Notes under the pieces: model-generated
Told to the model about the DNA's origin: nothing
Seen by the model: only the letters and a program-made list of their open reading frames with translations
Databases searched by the model: none
Part shown: positions 17,631 to 26,290 of the stretch, piece after piece
How positions within the stretch are numbered: the stretch's first letter is position 1
Layout of the letters: each line of letters begins with the position of its first letter
IMG/VR virus record: IMGVR_UViG_3300027690_000117
Span: 1 to 31,326 of that record
Strand: one strand, 5' to 3'
From: a virus
Taxonomy: Duplodnaviria > Caudoviricetes
Length of the DNA stretch: 31,326 bases
Position numbers and translations under genes: made by a program

Positions 17631-18088
17631 GAGTTGTGGTTCAGAAAATCATTTCTTTTGAATGTATCTTTATTAGCTTTTCATCTCTATATTTGTTTCA
17701 GCCATCCGGACAAAACACGGCTAGCCCCCGGCGCTGGGCTTTCTCCCCGGTTCCCTGAATAACTCATGGTCTCCAGGCAACCTCCTCTTTCTCGGCCCTG
17801 CCCCGGCCACGTCCAGGCCCGCCAATCCGGCCCCTGTCCCGGCCGGCCGGGCCGCCCTTGGCCCGCCCGGGGCCGCCTGGAGGCACACCTCCCAGGGCAG
17901 ATAGCCCTCGGGCCAGCTCATCAACCCGTCTCGTCCGTCCGCGATCATCTCCTGGCCCCTCCCTGGGTAGTCCCTTGTCCGGCCCGGCCGGGCGCCTAGA
18001 CCCACCCGGCCCGCGGCCTCGGGGTCTCACTGAATCACAGACGATATTTCGTGCCAAGGCCGGCCGGAGCTCTCGCGCCCGGCCGGCC

Positions 18089-18430
18089 TCACCTCTTTTT
18101 CCCGAAGGCCCGCCGGCCCAGGGCCCTCATCGAGGCCGGGTCCTGGGGCGTGCCCTGGCTGGCCCGGTCCTCCTCTCTCTTGTTCTGGCTCAGCTCGAAG
18201 CCCTTGCGCTCCCGCCACTGGCGCTTGATCTGGCCGTAGATCAGCTCCAGGCGGTCCCGGCGCGGCAGGGCCCTGACCTGGTGGGGGGCCAGGCCCACCT
18301 CCAGGCAGAGGCCGACCAGGGCCTCGGTCTCGCTCACCGGCGGCAGGCCGGCCGTGCCGTCCTGCTCGGCCCACCGCTTCAGATCGGCCCAGACCTCGGC
18401 CGTCAGGCCGAGGTCTCGCTGGACAAATTT
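18089..18430 (-). CDS. Frameshifted C-terminal extension of the tail assembly chaperone (gpT-like)
   Basis: The -1 frame is open from the slippery site (FVQRDLGLTAEVWADLKRWAEQDGTAGLPPV) into ORF 18089-18337. Confidence 0.8.
   Translation of the reverse strand, partial: KFVQRDLGLTAEVWADLKRWAEQDGTAGLPPVSETEALVGLCLEVGLAPHQVRALPRRDRLELIYGQIKRQWRERKGFELSQNKREEDRASQGTPQDPASMRALGRRAFGKKR
18391..18430 (-). promoter_or_regulatory. Programmed -1 ribosomal frameshift signal
   Basis: In-frame heptamer A AAT TTG (18430-18424), 7-nt spacer, then a perfect 11-bp hairpin AGACCTCGGCC-TGAC-GGCCGAGGTCT. Confidence 0.85.
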
Positions 18431-18972
18431 TCCAGCTCCTCCTGGCTGGCCGCGTCCAGGGCCATGACGTCCTCGACCAGCTTGGTGAAGTGCTGGAGCG
18501 AGAGCATGGCCGAGAGGATGCGGCCCCGGGCCAGGGCCTCGCTCACCGGCTCGCCCTGGCGGTCCTTGAGCTCGCCCTGGAAGGCCAGGCCGACCATGGC
18601 CGCGTTCAGCTCCTGCTGGTGGCGGGCCAGGGCCTCCTTGTACTCCGGGTCGTTGTGGTCCTCGATGTAGACCACGTGGCCCCGGGGCAGGCCTTTCTGG
18701 CTGGCCTCCTCCCGGCCGACGATGTGCGGCTTGATGGGCACCCGGGGCGCCCGGGCGTTGAAGTCGTCGAACAGCTCCCTCAGGCCCCGGGTGCTGACGG
18801 GCAGCTTGGCCCAGCTCGTCTGGCCGTCGGTGGTGATCTTGATCGGCCCGGCAAAGCCGGTGCAGTGGAAGTCGTCCCGACCCTGCTGCAGGCTGTTCAG
18901 GACGCGGACCTCGGGCTGAGGCCCCTTGGCGGCCGCCCGCCTGGGCGCGGGCCTGGCTTCCTGTCTGGGCAT
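18403..18972 (-). CDS. Tail assembly chaperone (gpG-like)
   Basis: Lies between the tail tube and the TMP region, has an AGGAGG RBS, and ends in a frameshift signal. Confidence 0.8.
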   Translation of the reverse strand: MPRQEARPAPRRAAAKGPQPEVRVLNSLQQGRDDFHCTGFAGPIKITTDGQTSWAKLPVSTRGLRELFDDFNARAPRVPIKPHIVGREEASQKGLPRGHVVYIEDHNDPEYKEALARHQQELNAAMVGLAFQGELKDRQGEPVSEALARGRILSAMLSLQHFTKLVEDVMALDAASQEELENLSSETSA

Positions 18973-18982
18973 TTGGCCTCCT

Positions 18983-19552
18983 CTAGGCGGTCACGTCCGT
19001 GCCGGAGGTGAAGTCATCGGACCGGGCAATGGTCCCGTAGCAGCGGCCCCTGAGCTGGACGGTGACCCCGTCCTCGGCCTCGCCCACGGTGGCCTGGTCC
19101 AGGGGGACGTGGACCTCGGCCAGCTTCCAGACCAGGTCGGTGGAGGGGCCGTCCAGCTTGAACTCGACGTTGACGCACTTCTTGGCCGAGTCGGCGAAGG
19201 CCGGGTTGGCCACGCCGGTGACCCGCTGGGTCGAGCCCTTGGTCGTGACCATGGCGTGGGAGTTGACCGTGCTCCCCTCCAGCCAGTCCATCAGGTAGCC
19301 GAAGGCGTCGGCGTCGGTCACCTGGGCCGAGAAGGAGACGTCGACCGGCTCCATGATGGCCGCGTCCGAGCCGCGGACGTAGCAGGCGCTGGCGTCGACC
19401 TTCTGCCGGTCCAGGGCCAGCGTCTCCTCGGGCTGGGGGATGCCGGCCGCGAAAGAGATGTCGCCCCCGGAGAAGACGATCTTGAGGTAGTAGGGCGTGG
19501 TCGTCCCGTCGTAGAGGCGGATCTCGCCGTCACGGTTGGTGAACTTGTACAT
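18983..19552 (-). CDS. Major tail (tube) protein
   Basis: 189 aa, acidic and beta-rich, AGGAG RBS, canonical position before the chaperone. No sheath gene is present, so the tail is non-contractile. Confidence 0.75.
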   Translation of the reverse strand: MYKFTNRDGEIRLYDGTTTPYYLKIVFSGGDISFAAGIPQPEETLALDRQKVDASACYVRGSDAAIMEPVDVSFSAQVTDADAFGYLMDWLEGSTVNSHAMVTTKGSTQRVTGVANPAFADSAKKCVNVEFKLDGPSTDLVWKLAEVHVPLDQATVGEAEDGVTVQLRGRCYGTIARSDDFTSGTDVTA

Positions 19553-19585
19553 TTCTCTCTCCTTGTCTCAGGGTTTTCTAATGGC

Positions 19586-20206
19586 TCACCCGGCCAGGCC
19601 GGGTGGTTGGCCCAGAAGCTCGGCCGCCCAGCCGCTCACGGCCCGGACGTTGTCCAGGAGGCCTGCCCGGTGGGCTTGCTCCAGGAAGGAGCGGAAGCGG
19701 GCCAAGCCGTGAAAGGACTCCTGGGGCGCGTAGTAGTGGCCCGAGTCGTCCAGGGAGCAGCCGGCCAGGACGATCAGGCTCCGGCCCTGGCCGAAGCCCA
19801 GGGCCAGAGCGATCAGGAGGGCCAGCCCGCCGGACCAGGCCGGGTCGCGCCCCCTGGCGAATTGCCAGCAGACGTCGGCCCGGTCCGAGGGCCGGCCGGC
19901 GTGACAGAGGGTGGCCCGGTCCTGCCACCTGGCCGGCCGGAAGTCCCGGGCGGCGAAGAAGACGTCGGGGTGGCAGGTGACCCAGTGGTCCAGCCGGCCG
20001 GGCCAGAGCAAGCCGCTCATGTTCACGGCCATGACCGGGCCCCGGTGGGCATAGGCCTTCAGGTCGGCCGGGGTGCTCCGGCCGTCGCCGAGGATGAGCA
20101 GGTCGCCCTCGGCCCGGGGCAGGCTCAGGCCGGGCCGGAGCCGGACTTGCTCGATGCCCCAGCGGCCCAGTCCGCCCGCCCGGCCGCCCGGACCGGGGGC
20201 GCTCAT
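19586..20206 (-). CDS. Maf/DUF115-like (sialyltransferase-like fold) protein
   Basis: LLILGDGRS, VMAVN, SGGLALLIALALGF...IVLAGCSL...HYY match the motif order of the Maf_flag10/MptE-like and GT29-type fold. Confidence 0.55.
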   Translation of the reverse strand: MSAPGPGGRAGGLGRWGIEQVRLRPGLSLPRAEGDLLILGDGRSTPADLKAYAHRGPVMAVNMSGLLWPGRLDHWVTCHPDVFFAARDFRPARWQDRATLCHAGRPSDRADVCWQFARGRDPAWSGGLALLIALALGFGQGRSLIVLAGCSLDDSGHYYAPQESFHGLARFRSFLEQAHRAGLLDNVRAVSGWAAELLGQPPGLAG

Positions 20207-20682
20207 CAGTAGGTCTCCAGCCAGGCCAGGAGGAAGACCAGGTTGTGCTGGTAGTAGCCCTCGGCGTCGGCCAGGCGGCGGTCGTTGACCAGGCTGAAGA
20301 CCTTGATCAGGCCGGCCGCCTCGGGCGGCTCGGCGTCGAAGTCCGTCAGGTCAAAGGTGAGGCCGATGGGAAACTCCTCGACCACGATGTCGCGGATCTC
20401 CCGGGGCCGGTAGGCGTTGGTCTGGGTGGCCTGCTTGACGAAGACGATCACGTTGAGCTGGCACTGGACCCAGTTGCCCCGCTGGCCGGAGGCCTCGGCC
20501 TGGCCGGCGTACTTGCGGCCGGCGTCCAGGAGCCTCAGCTGGACGAACTCGTCCTCCTCGGAGAGGTCCTGGTCGAGGCCCTCGTAGTCCACGACCAGGC
20601 TCTGGGCCTCTAGTTTGTCGCCCAGGTAGTCGTAGACGCTTTTGGCTGCGTTGGTCGATTTGCTCGAAGCGGACAGGCTCAC
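20206..20682 (-). CDS. Tail terminator protein
   Basis: Acidic ~158 aa ORF starting at a GTG that overlaps the upstream TAG (GGAGG RBS). The longer ORF-track start is GC-rich run-on. Canonical position. Confidence 0.65.
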   Translation of the reverse strand: MSLSASSKSTNAAKSVYDYLGDKLEAQSLVVDYEGLDQDLSEEDEFVQLRLLDAGRKYAGQAEASGQRGNWVQCQLNVIVFVKQATQTNAYRPREIRDIVVEEFPIGLTFDLTDFDAEPPEAAGLIKVFSLVNDRRLADAEGYYQHNLVFLLAWLETY

Positions 20683-21092
20683 TACTTGCCTCCGTTGGCC
20701 CGGCTGAGGGCCTGGCTGAGCCGGGCCTTGAAGGCCCGGCGCTGGCGCTCCACGGCCGACCGGAGCAGGCCCCTGGAGGCCTCCAGGTCCGGGCCGTAGT
20801 CCACGTTGTTGACCAGCCACAGCTCCAGGTCCCGGCCGCTCAGGCGGGGCTGGGCCGGCGGGGGGTAGCTCTTCCGGCCGGCCGGGGGCTTGGCCCGGCT
20901 GGGCTGGGGACCCAGGTTCCAGCCGGCCCGGAAGCGGCCCGTGTCCACTGGCGAGTTGCGGACGACCTCGCGCCACATCTCCAGGCCGGTCCGGCCGACC
21001 GCCCCGGCCGCGCCGTCGCGCACCCGGTCCAGGCGGCCCTGGAGCTCCCGCTCCAGCCGGGCTAATTGGCTTTCCAGGTCGTTCGAGGCCAC
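20682..21092 (-). CDS. HK97 gp10-like tail completion / neck protein
   Basis: SPVDTGRFRAGW and NNVDYG..LE motifs. Confidence 0.85.
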   Translation of the reverse strand: MASNDLESQLARLERELQGRLDRVRDGAAGAVGRTGLEMWREVVRNSPVDTGRFRAGWNLGPQPSRAKPPAGRKSYPPPAQPRLSGRDLELWLVNNVDYGPDLEASRGLLRSAVERQRRAFKARLSQALSRANGGK

Positions 21093-21094
21093 GT

Positions 21095-21469
21095 TCAGAT
21101 CCTCCTCAGCTGGAGCTTGTAGAGCCTGGCCTCGACCACCCCGATGGGCTCCAGGGCGATGAGGCGCCAGGTCTGACCGTCGACGACCACCGAGTCGGTC
21201 TGCAGGTCTGGCTGGCCGGGCAGGCCGGCCGCGCTCAGGAGCAGGAAGCGGTCCCCCCGCTCCAGCTGCCCTCCCGAGGCGGCCAGCTCGGCCAGGCTGT
21301 AGCCGCCCAGGACGCCCTTGACCTGGTAGTCGGTCGTGGTCGCGCCGGTGACCTGGCCGCTGGCCGGGTCGTACTGGCCGCCACTGGTCCGGCGGAAGGT
21401 GACCGCCTTGAGCCTGGTGAAGGGCAGGGCCTTGATCAGGGCCCGGTCCATGGTCTCAGTAAGGCCCAT
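21095..21469 (-). CDS. Head closure / head-tail joining protein
   Basis: 124 aa; GQYDPASG, GD..LLL, D.VVVDGQTWRL, YKLQLRR pattern; position. Confidence 0.75.
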   Translation of the reverse strand: MGLTETMDRALIKALPFTRLKAVTFRRTSGGQYDPASGQVTGATTTDYQVKGVLGGYSLAELAASGGQLERGDRFLLLSAAGLPGQPDLQTDSVVVDGQTWRLIALEPIGVVEARLYKLQLRRI

Positions 21470-21985
21470 CTAAGCCCTCCTCAGCCGCCGGCTCGAGCCG
21501 GTCAGGTAGTCCCGGAGCAGGGCCCGGATGGCCGGGCCGGTGCCCCCGGCCAGGTTGGAGGGGCGGTTCTGGCCGAAGTCCAGGGCCACGGCCCCGGCCA
21601 GGCTGACCTCCTCCGCGGCCCGGTCGTCGGCCGAGTCGTCGTCGGCCATCTCCCGCTTGAGCCAGCGGACCGCCTCCAGCTGGGCCGCCTTGACCGTTGC
21701 GGGCACGATCAGGACCCCCTCGATATCGGTGGCGGCCACGGAGCCGTCGGGCAGCCGGCGGGGAAAGGCCAGGGCCTGGTCCTGCTCGTATCTCTGGCCC
21801 AGGAAGTCGTGGCGGTCCACGGCCCGGGCCGCCTCGATCAGCCAGGCCGCCTGCTGCTCCTCGGTCAGCTCGGCCCAGGTGGCGGCGAAGCTGGGCACGG
21901 CCTCGAAGTAGGCCGCGGCCTCCGCCAGGGAGGCGTAGCTGTTGGCCGCGGACCCGGCCACGGTGGTGTCAAGACTGAGGGCCAT
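21470..21985 (-). CDS. Head-tail adaptor (DnaT-like phage family)
   Basis: ANSYASLAEAAAYF, F.G.R....QALAFPR and VP..VK.AQ.E motifs. Confidence 0.8.
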   Translation of the reverse strand: MALSLDTTVAGSAANSYASLAEAAAYFEAVPSFAATWAELTEEQQAAWLIEAARAVDRHDFLGQRYEQDQALAFPRRLPDGSVAATDIEGVLIVPATVKAAQLEAVRWLKREMADDDSADDRAAEEVSLAGAVALDFGQNRPSNLAGGTGPAIRALLRDYLTGSSRRLRRA

Positions 21986-22179
21986 TTCTTTCTCCCGGGC
22001 AGGCGGCCGCCCCGGAAGGGGGACCGCCTGAATGGCTGGGATTGATTGAAATTGCTAAACGCTCGGTTCAGGCTTGAGCGATCTGGCGATGGTGAGGCAG
22101 CGTTCCGGCCGGAGATGGACCACGGCCAGGATGGCCGGGCCACCTCCTGACTCCACCTCAACCTGTGGAGAAAGGCGGT

Positions 22180-22790
22180 CTCTTTCTCCCCGCCCCGCTG
22201 GCTGGGAGTGGGAAGGTCGTGGGGTAATTTGGCTGTATCTTCAGTCTGGTATTTCTGAAGAGTCCCCCCTCACCCCTCCCTCTCCCCCCGCAGGGTGGAG
22301 AGGGTGAAATAGGGGGGCCCCGCCGGGTCAGCAGACAGCGGTGGCCGCTAATGCGAGAGCTAATGAAATCGTGTATCGCCCTACCGGTTAGAGGAAGGCT
22401 CTTTTCCTCCAAGACCGAAGGCTTGGGCCGCCCTTGCCCCCTCAGGGGCTGGGCTGTAGTCAGTAATGTTAACATGCCGTGAATCAGCATATCTTGTGGC
22501 GCCAGGGCCGCGTCCCTGGCGCCAGGCCGCAGGCCGAGACAAGCCCCGGCTGAGGCGGCCCAGCCCGTTTCTCCCTCGTCCCTTTGGTCGAGAAGACTCT
22601 TTTCTACCAAGCTTGAAGGCTTGGGGCACCTTAACCGCCTGGCCAGCCGGATGCGCCTTCTTTACCCTCGCCCCGCTGGCGGGGAGAGGGGAGGGTTAGG
22701 GGTCTTATTGCAATAATATCAGTAAGTTAAAATCAATAGCCCCCCTCACCCCTAGCCCTCTCCCCCCGGTAGACCGGGGGGAGAGGGAGA
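22180..22790. repeat. Cluster of REP-like GC-rich palindromes
   Basis: Copies of CCCCTCACCCnnnCCCTCTCCCC...GGAGAGGG at ~22265-22305 and 22740-22788, with inverted copies at ~22664-22702 and degenerate ~22185-22225. Confidence 0.65.
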
Positions 22791-22921
22791 TAAAGAGAAC
22801 CGCCCCCAAAGGGGTAGAGAGGGGGAAGTGAAGCCAGGGCCGCGGCCGAGGCGTTGATTCCGAACCAATCCTCAGCACCTAACTCTTGAAGGCGTTCGAA
22901 CAAACTCTCAGACAGTTACGC

Positions 22922-23161
22922 CTAGTACAGCTTGACTTTGGGCCGGCTCAGACGGACCCGGCCGGCCAGGGCCTCCTCCAGGAAGGCGTCCACTTCGTCG
23001 ATCAGGTCGTTGCGCTGGCCGTTGACCAGGCTGACCGCGTCGGCCGCGGCCAGCCGCTCGGCGTCGGGCAGGGCGCGATCGCGCCGCCGGTCCTCCAGGT
23101 GCCAGAGCCTGATGTTGGCCACGGTCAGCTTGTCCATAAGGGAGCCTAAGGTCTCAGCCAT
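22922..23161 (-). CDS. DUF4254-like protein
   Basis: MAETLGSLMDKLTVANIRLWHLED...NGQRNDLIDEVD...KLY pattern. Start moved to ATG 23161 (AAGGGGA RBS). Confidence 0.75.
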   Translation of the reverse strand: MAETLGSLMDKLTVANIRLWHLEDRRRDRALPDAERLAAADAVSLVNGQRNDLIDEVDAFLEEALAGRVRLSRPKVKLY

Positions 23162-23354
23162 CGAGGATCCCCTTCTGGCGGCGGGTGGTCTTGTCAAAGA
23201 CGAGCCCGTCCTGGATGTAGAAGCTCTCCTGGCCCCTGACCCCCTCGCTGAAGGGCCGGTCCGGATCGAGCCGGCGGACAGGGGCCGGGGTCGGCGGGGA
23301 CGGAGTCGGGGCCGGCTGGGCCGCCCGGGCGGTTTTCTTCTTCCTGGCGGGCAT
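23154..23354 (-). CDS. Small hypothetical protein
   Basis: 66 aa, strong AGGAGGAG RBS, overlaps the next gene's start. Confidence 0.65.
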   Translation of the reverse strand: MPARKKKTARAAQPAPTPSPPTPAPVRRLDPDRPFSEGVRGQESFYIQDGLVFDKTTRRQKGILDG

Positions 23355-23378
23355 GTCTCCTCCTGCCGCTGATAGGTC

Positions 23379-24569
23379 TCAGGCCTGTCCTCGGGGGCTC
23401 CGGCTCAGGGCGGCCAGGCTGGCGGCCAGGACCCGCCCCGGGTCCAGGCGCTCCATGCACAGGATGGCCCCGGTCCGGGCCCCCCGGTAGCAGTCCAGGG
23501 TCAGCTTGCCGCAGGGGCTGCAGGGCGCCTCGGACTGGAGGCCCAGGCAGTTGCGGTAGTGGGTCAGGACGTTGCGGGCGTGGCAGATGGTCATCAGGGC
23601 CACCTTGGGCGTGGCCAGGGCCCCGGCGCAGTGGAGGACCGAGGAGTCCGGCCCGACGAACAGGTCGGCCGCCTCGATGAGGGCCACCTCGCGGCGGAGC
23701 CGGTTCCAGGCGACCTCGAAGCCCTGTCCGGCCACGGTCTGGCGCGAGGCCAGGGGGATGATTCGCGGCTCTCTCTCGGCCCAGCCCCACTCCAGGAGCT
23801 GGTCGGCCTGGACGCCCAGGGTCACCAGGGCCAGGTCCGGGCAGGCGGCCAGGAGCGAGCGGCAGAACCGGGGCCAGTAGGGCCAGGCCTTGTTGGGGCC
23901 GGAGCCGCTGAGCTGGATGACCCCCAGCCGCCGGCCGATAAGCCCTCGCCGGCGCTTGAACTTGGCCGCCCAGCGTCGCTCGGCCGGCAGAACCCGCCAG
24001 ACCGGTTCGGGCGCCACCCGGCCGGTCAGGCCGGCCGACTCAATCAAGATTTCGTAGTAGTTGTCGTAGCGGAAGGGCCGCTCGCCCCGCTCCCAGGGCG
24101 AGTGGTCCTCGACCTGGCGGACCCAGGCCCCCTCCCGGCAGCCGGCCACCACCTCCAGGCGGCGGGTCGGCCAGAGGTAGTGGTTCTCGATGATGTCGTC
24201 CAGAATGAGGATCCGGTCATAGCCGGCCCCCCAGACGGCCTCGGCCCGCCGCCAGGCCGCGGCCACCCGGCCCGAGAGGCCGCCCCGGGACCTGGCCCAG
24301 GCCTCGTCCTCGCCCCGCCAGACGTGGAGGCGATCGACCAGGCCCGAGCCGTGGAAGATGGCCCGGCCGTGGGGCTTGCAGATCAGGCCCACCTCCTCGC
24401 CCAGGGCCTTGAGCCCCTTGAGGACCGGGGTGATGAACATCAGGTCGCCGATGGCCCCCAGGCGGATGACCAGGGTCTTCGGCGGCCGTTGAGCCGGCCG
24501 GGGGGAGGCCCCGGCCTCTCCCCGGGCCGGGCTGGGGTTTAGGCCGAGTCCCACTTGACGCAGTGGCAC
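23379..24569 (-). CDS. Glycosyltransferase family 9 (heptosyltransferase-like)
   Basis: KTLVIRLGAIGD, ADLFVGPDSSVLHCAGALATPKVAL and C-terminal CSPC...C...CM motifs. Start codon uncertain. Confidence 0.88.
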   Translation of the reverse strand: MPLRQVGLGLNPSPARGEAGASPRPAQRPPKTLVIRLGAIGDLMFITPVLKGLKALGEEVGLICKPHGRAIFHGSGLVDRLHVWRGEDEAWARSRGGLSGRVAAAWRRAEAVWGAGYDRILILDDIIENHYLWPTRRLEVVAGCREGAWVRQVEDHSPWERGERPFRYDNYYEILIESAGLTGRVAPEPVWRVLPAERRWAAKFKRRRGLIGRRLGVIQLSGSGPNKAWPYWPRFCRSLLAACPDLALVTLGVQADQLLEWGWAEREPRIIPLASRQTVAGQGFEVAWNRLRREVALIEAADLFVGPDSSVLHCAGALATPKVALMTICHARNVLTHYRNCLGLQSEAPCSPCGKLTLDCYRGARTGAILCMERLDPGRVLAASLAALSRSPRGQA

Positions 24570-25525
24570 TGGTTGCCGTCGCCGCTCTCGTTCCAGAGAG
24601 TGCCGAAGGCGGCCAGCTCGTACCAGGCCGCCTCCAGCTTGCGGCCGAAGTCAGAGGCCGAGCCCATGTTGCGGGCCAGCTCGGCGTTGGTTCGCACCTC
24701 GGGCGGGGCGACCAGGACCTCGAAGCCGAAGCCGGCCCCGAAGAGATAGGCCTCGCCCGAGAGGGCGGAGTGGGTGAAGGGGTCGGTCAGGGCGTTGGTC
24801 GCCTCGATGACCCGCACCCCGAAGAGCCGGCCGACCTCGCCGTTGAAGAGGCCGCCGGCGGCGTTGCCGTAGGTGTCGGCCTTCTGCCAGGCCTCGTCGT
24901 CGAAGAGGTTGTCCACCACGGCCGGGCAGGCGATGAGAACGTAGTTGACCCCGTCAAAGGGGCCGACGTTGAGCTGTCTTAGCTTCTTGCGCATCTGGCG
25001 GAGGTGGTAGGAGTTGAAGACCGAGGCGTTGGTCGCCGTGGCCGTGCCGTTGCTGGTGAAGGCGCCGCCGTCGCTGGCCGTGCCCACGTAGCGCAGGGCG
25101 GCCAGGTCAAAGACGTTGCCCTCGATGTAGGAGTCCATGGCCTTGACCTCGTCGTTGAGGAGGCCGACGGCGATCTCGTTCTGGACGTCTACGTTGGCCA
25201 GGTCGTAGAGCCGGGAGTGGAAGGAGACGGAGTTGCCGAACTCCTCGACCGTGCCCGTGGCCTGGGAGAGGGTGAAGCTGCGGTCCACCGGCAGGGTGGC
25301 CGACTCGGCCACCTTGTCGCCCTGGGTGGAGATGTCGGACCACTTGGTGAAGTAGACCGTGTCCCCGGCCCGCTTGCCCAGTTCGATCTTCATCTCCAGG
25401 AACTGGCGGAAGCGGGTCAGGGGCTGGGGCTTGTGAAAGGCCTTCTCGGTCAGGATGGCGTCCACCTGGAAGCCGCCCGAAGCGTCGGTGCCGACGTACA
25501 TCGCCGGCGAGGTGCCGTAAGCCAT
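24539..25525 (-). CDS. Major capsid protein
   Basis: 328 aa after the scaffold, GAGGAGG RBS; GDTVYF, E.GNSV, YVLIACP...DL..D, GEVGRLFGVRVIE, DFGR motifs (N4-gp56-like coat family). Confidence 0.9.
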   Translation of the reverse strand: MAYGTSPAMYVGTDASGGFQVDAILTEKAFHKPQPLTRFRQFLEMKIELGKRAGDTVYFTKWSDISTQGDKVAESATLPVDRSFTLSQATGTVEEFGNSVSFHSRLYDLANVDVQNEIAVGLLNDEVKAMDSYIEGNVFDLAALRYVGTASDGGAFTSNGTATATNASVFNSYHLRQMRKKLRQLNVGPFDGVNYVLIACPAVVDNLFDDEAWQKADTYGNAAGGLFNGEVGRLFGVRVIEATNALTDPFTHSALSGEAYLFGAGFGFEVLVAPPEVRTNAELARNMGSASDFGRKLEAAWYELAAFGTLWNESGDGNQCHCVKWDSA

Positions 25526-25590
25526 TTGCGTCCTCCTCGGGCGCCGGGGGAGGCGGGGCCTTGAGGCGGCTCACGCCTCCCGGCGCCGGT

Positions 25591-26262
25591 TCAAACCGGC
25601 CGGCCCTGGAGCCGCTGGCGCTGGGCCAGCATCAGCCTGGCCAGCTCGGCCGGATCCAGGGCGGCGGTCGGGGTTGTCCGGTTCAGCTCGGGCCTGGCGC
25701 CCGAGCCGGGTCTGGTTGTAGCCCGGACCAGGTGGGGCTTCTGCTCCAGAAACCGAGCCACCACCTCTTCCAGGGTCGGCTCGGGCCCTTCCGGGTCAAC
25801 TCCGGCCAGCCCCGCCTGGTCTGTCTCCGGGCCCAGGCCGATGTGGACCTGCCCGTTGTGGAAGCTGATCTGAAACAGCTCCCGGGTCAGGGCGACCACG
25901 TCGGCCGGATCGTAGGCTCCTTCCCTGGCCGCGGCCTCGGTGAGCCGCTGGGTCAGGGTCAGCTCGCCCAGGCGCTGCCTGAAGTCCCGCTCCCGGGCGG
26001 CCCAGCCGGCCCGCTCGGCCTCCAGGACCGAGGCCTCGACCAGCTCGCCGCGGTCGGCGGCCTCGGCCCTGGCCTCCAGGTCCAGCCAGTTCTGGAGCCG
26101 GTCCGGCCAGTCCTGGGGCAGGGCGGCCAGGCTCTCCTGGAGAGTCCGGAGCTCCTTCTTCAGCTCCTGGCGCTGTTTGACCACCTGGCGCAGCACCTCG
26201 CGCGAGACCGGCTTGGGGTTTGACTGGGCGGTCTTGTCCGCCTGCTCGGCCACCTGGTCCAT
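25591..26262 (-). CDS. Capsid scaffolding protein
   Basis: Coiled-coil N-terminus and C-terminal FLEQKPHLV...GSGA motif; ATG 26262 behind AAGGAGG. Confidence 0.8.
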   Translation of the reverse strand: MDQVAEQADKTAQSNPKPVSREVLRQVVKQRQELKKELRTLQESLAALPQDWPDRLQNWLDLEARAEAADRGELVEASVLEAERAGWAARERDFRQRLGELTLTQRLTEAAAREGAYDPADVVALTRELFQISFHNGQVHIGLGPETDQAGLAGVDPEGPEPTLEEVVARFLEQKPHLVRATTRPGSGARPELNRTTPTAALDPAELARLMLAQRQRLQGRPV

Positions 26263-26290
26263 CCAGACCTCCTTTGGCAAGTTCAGTTAA

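Noticed and set aside
17721-18057. Short GC-rich ORFs after the chaperone (e.g. 17721-17948)
   Set aside because: Low-complexity translations with several competing frames; none can be supported.
22158-22610. 150-aa ORF in the palindrome-rich gap
   Set aside because: It runs through repeat elements and has no protein-like motifs.
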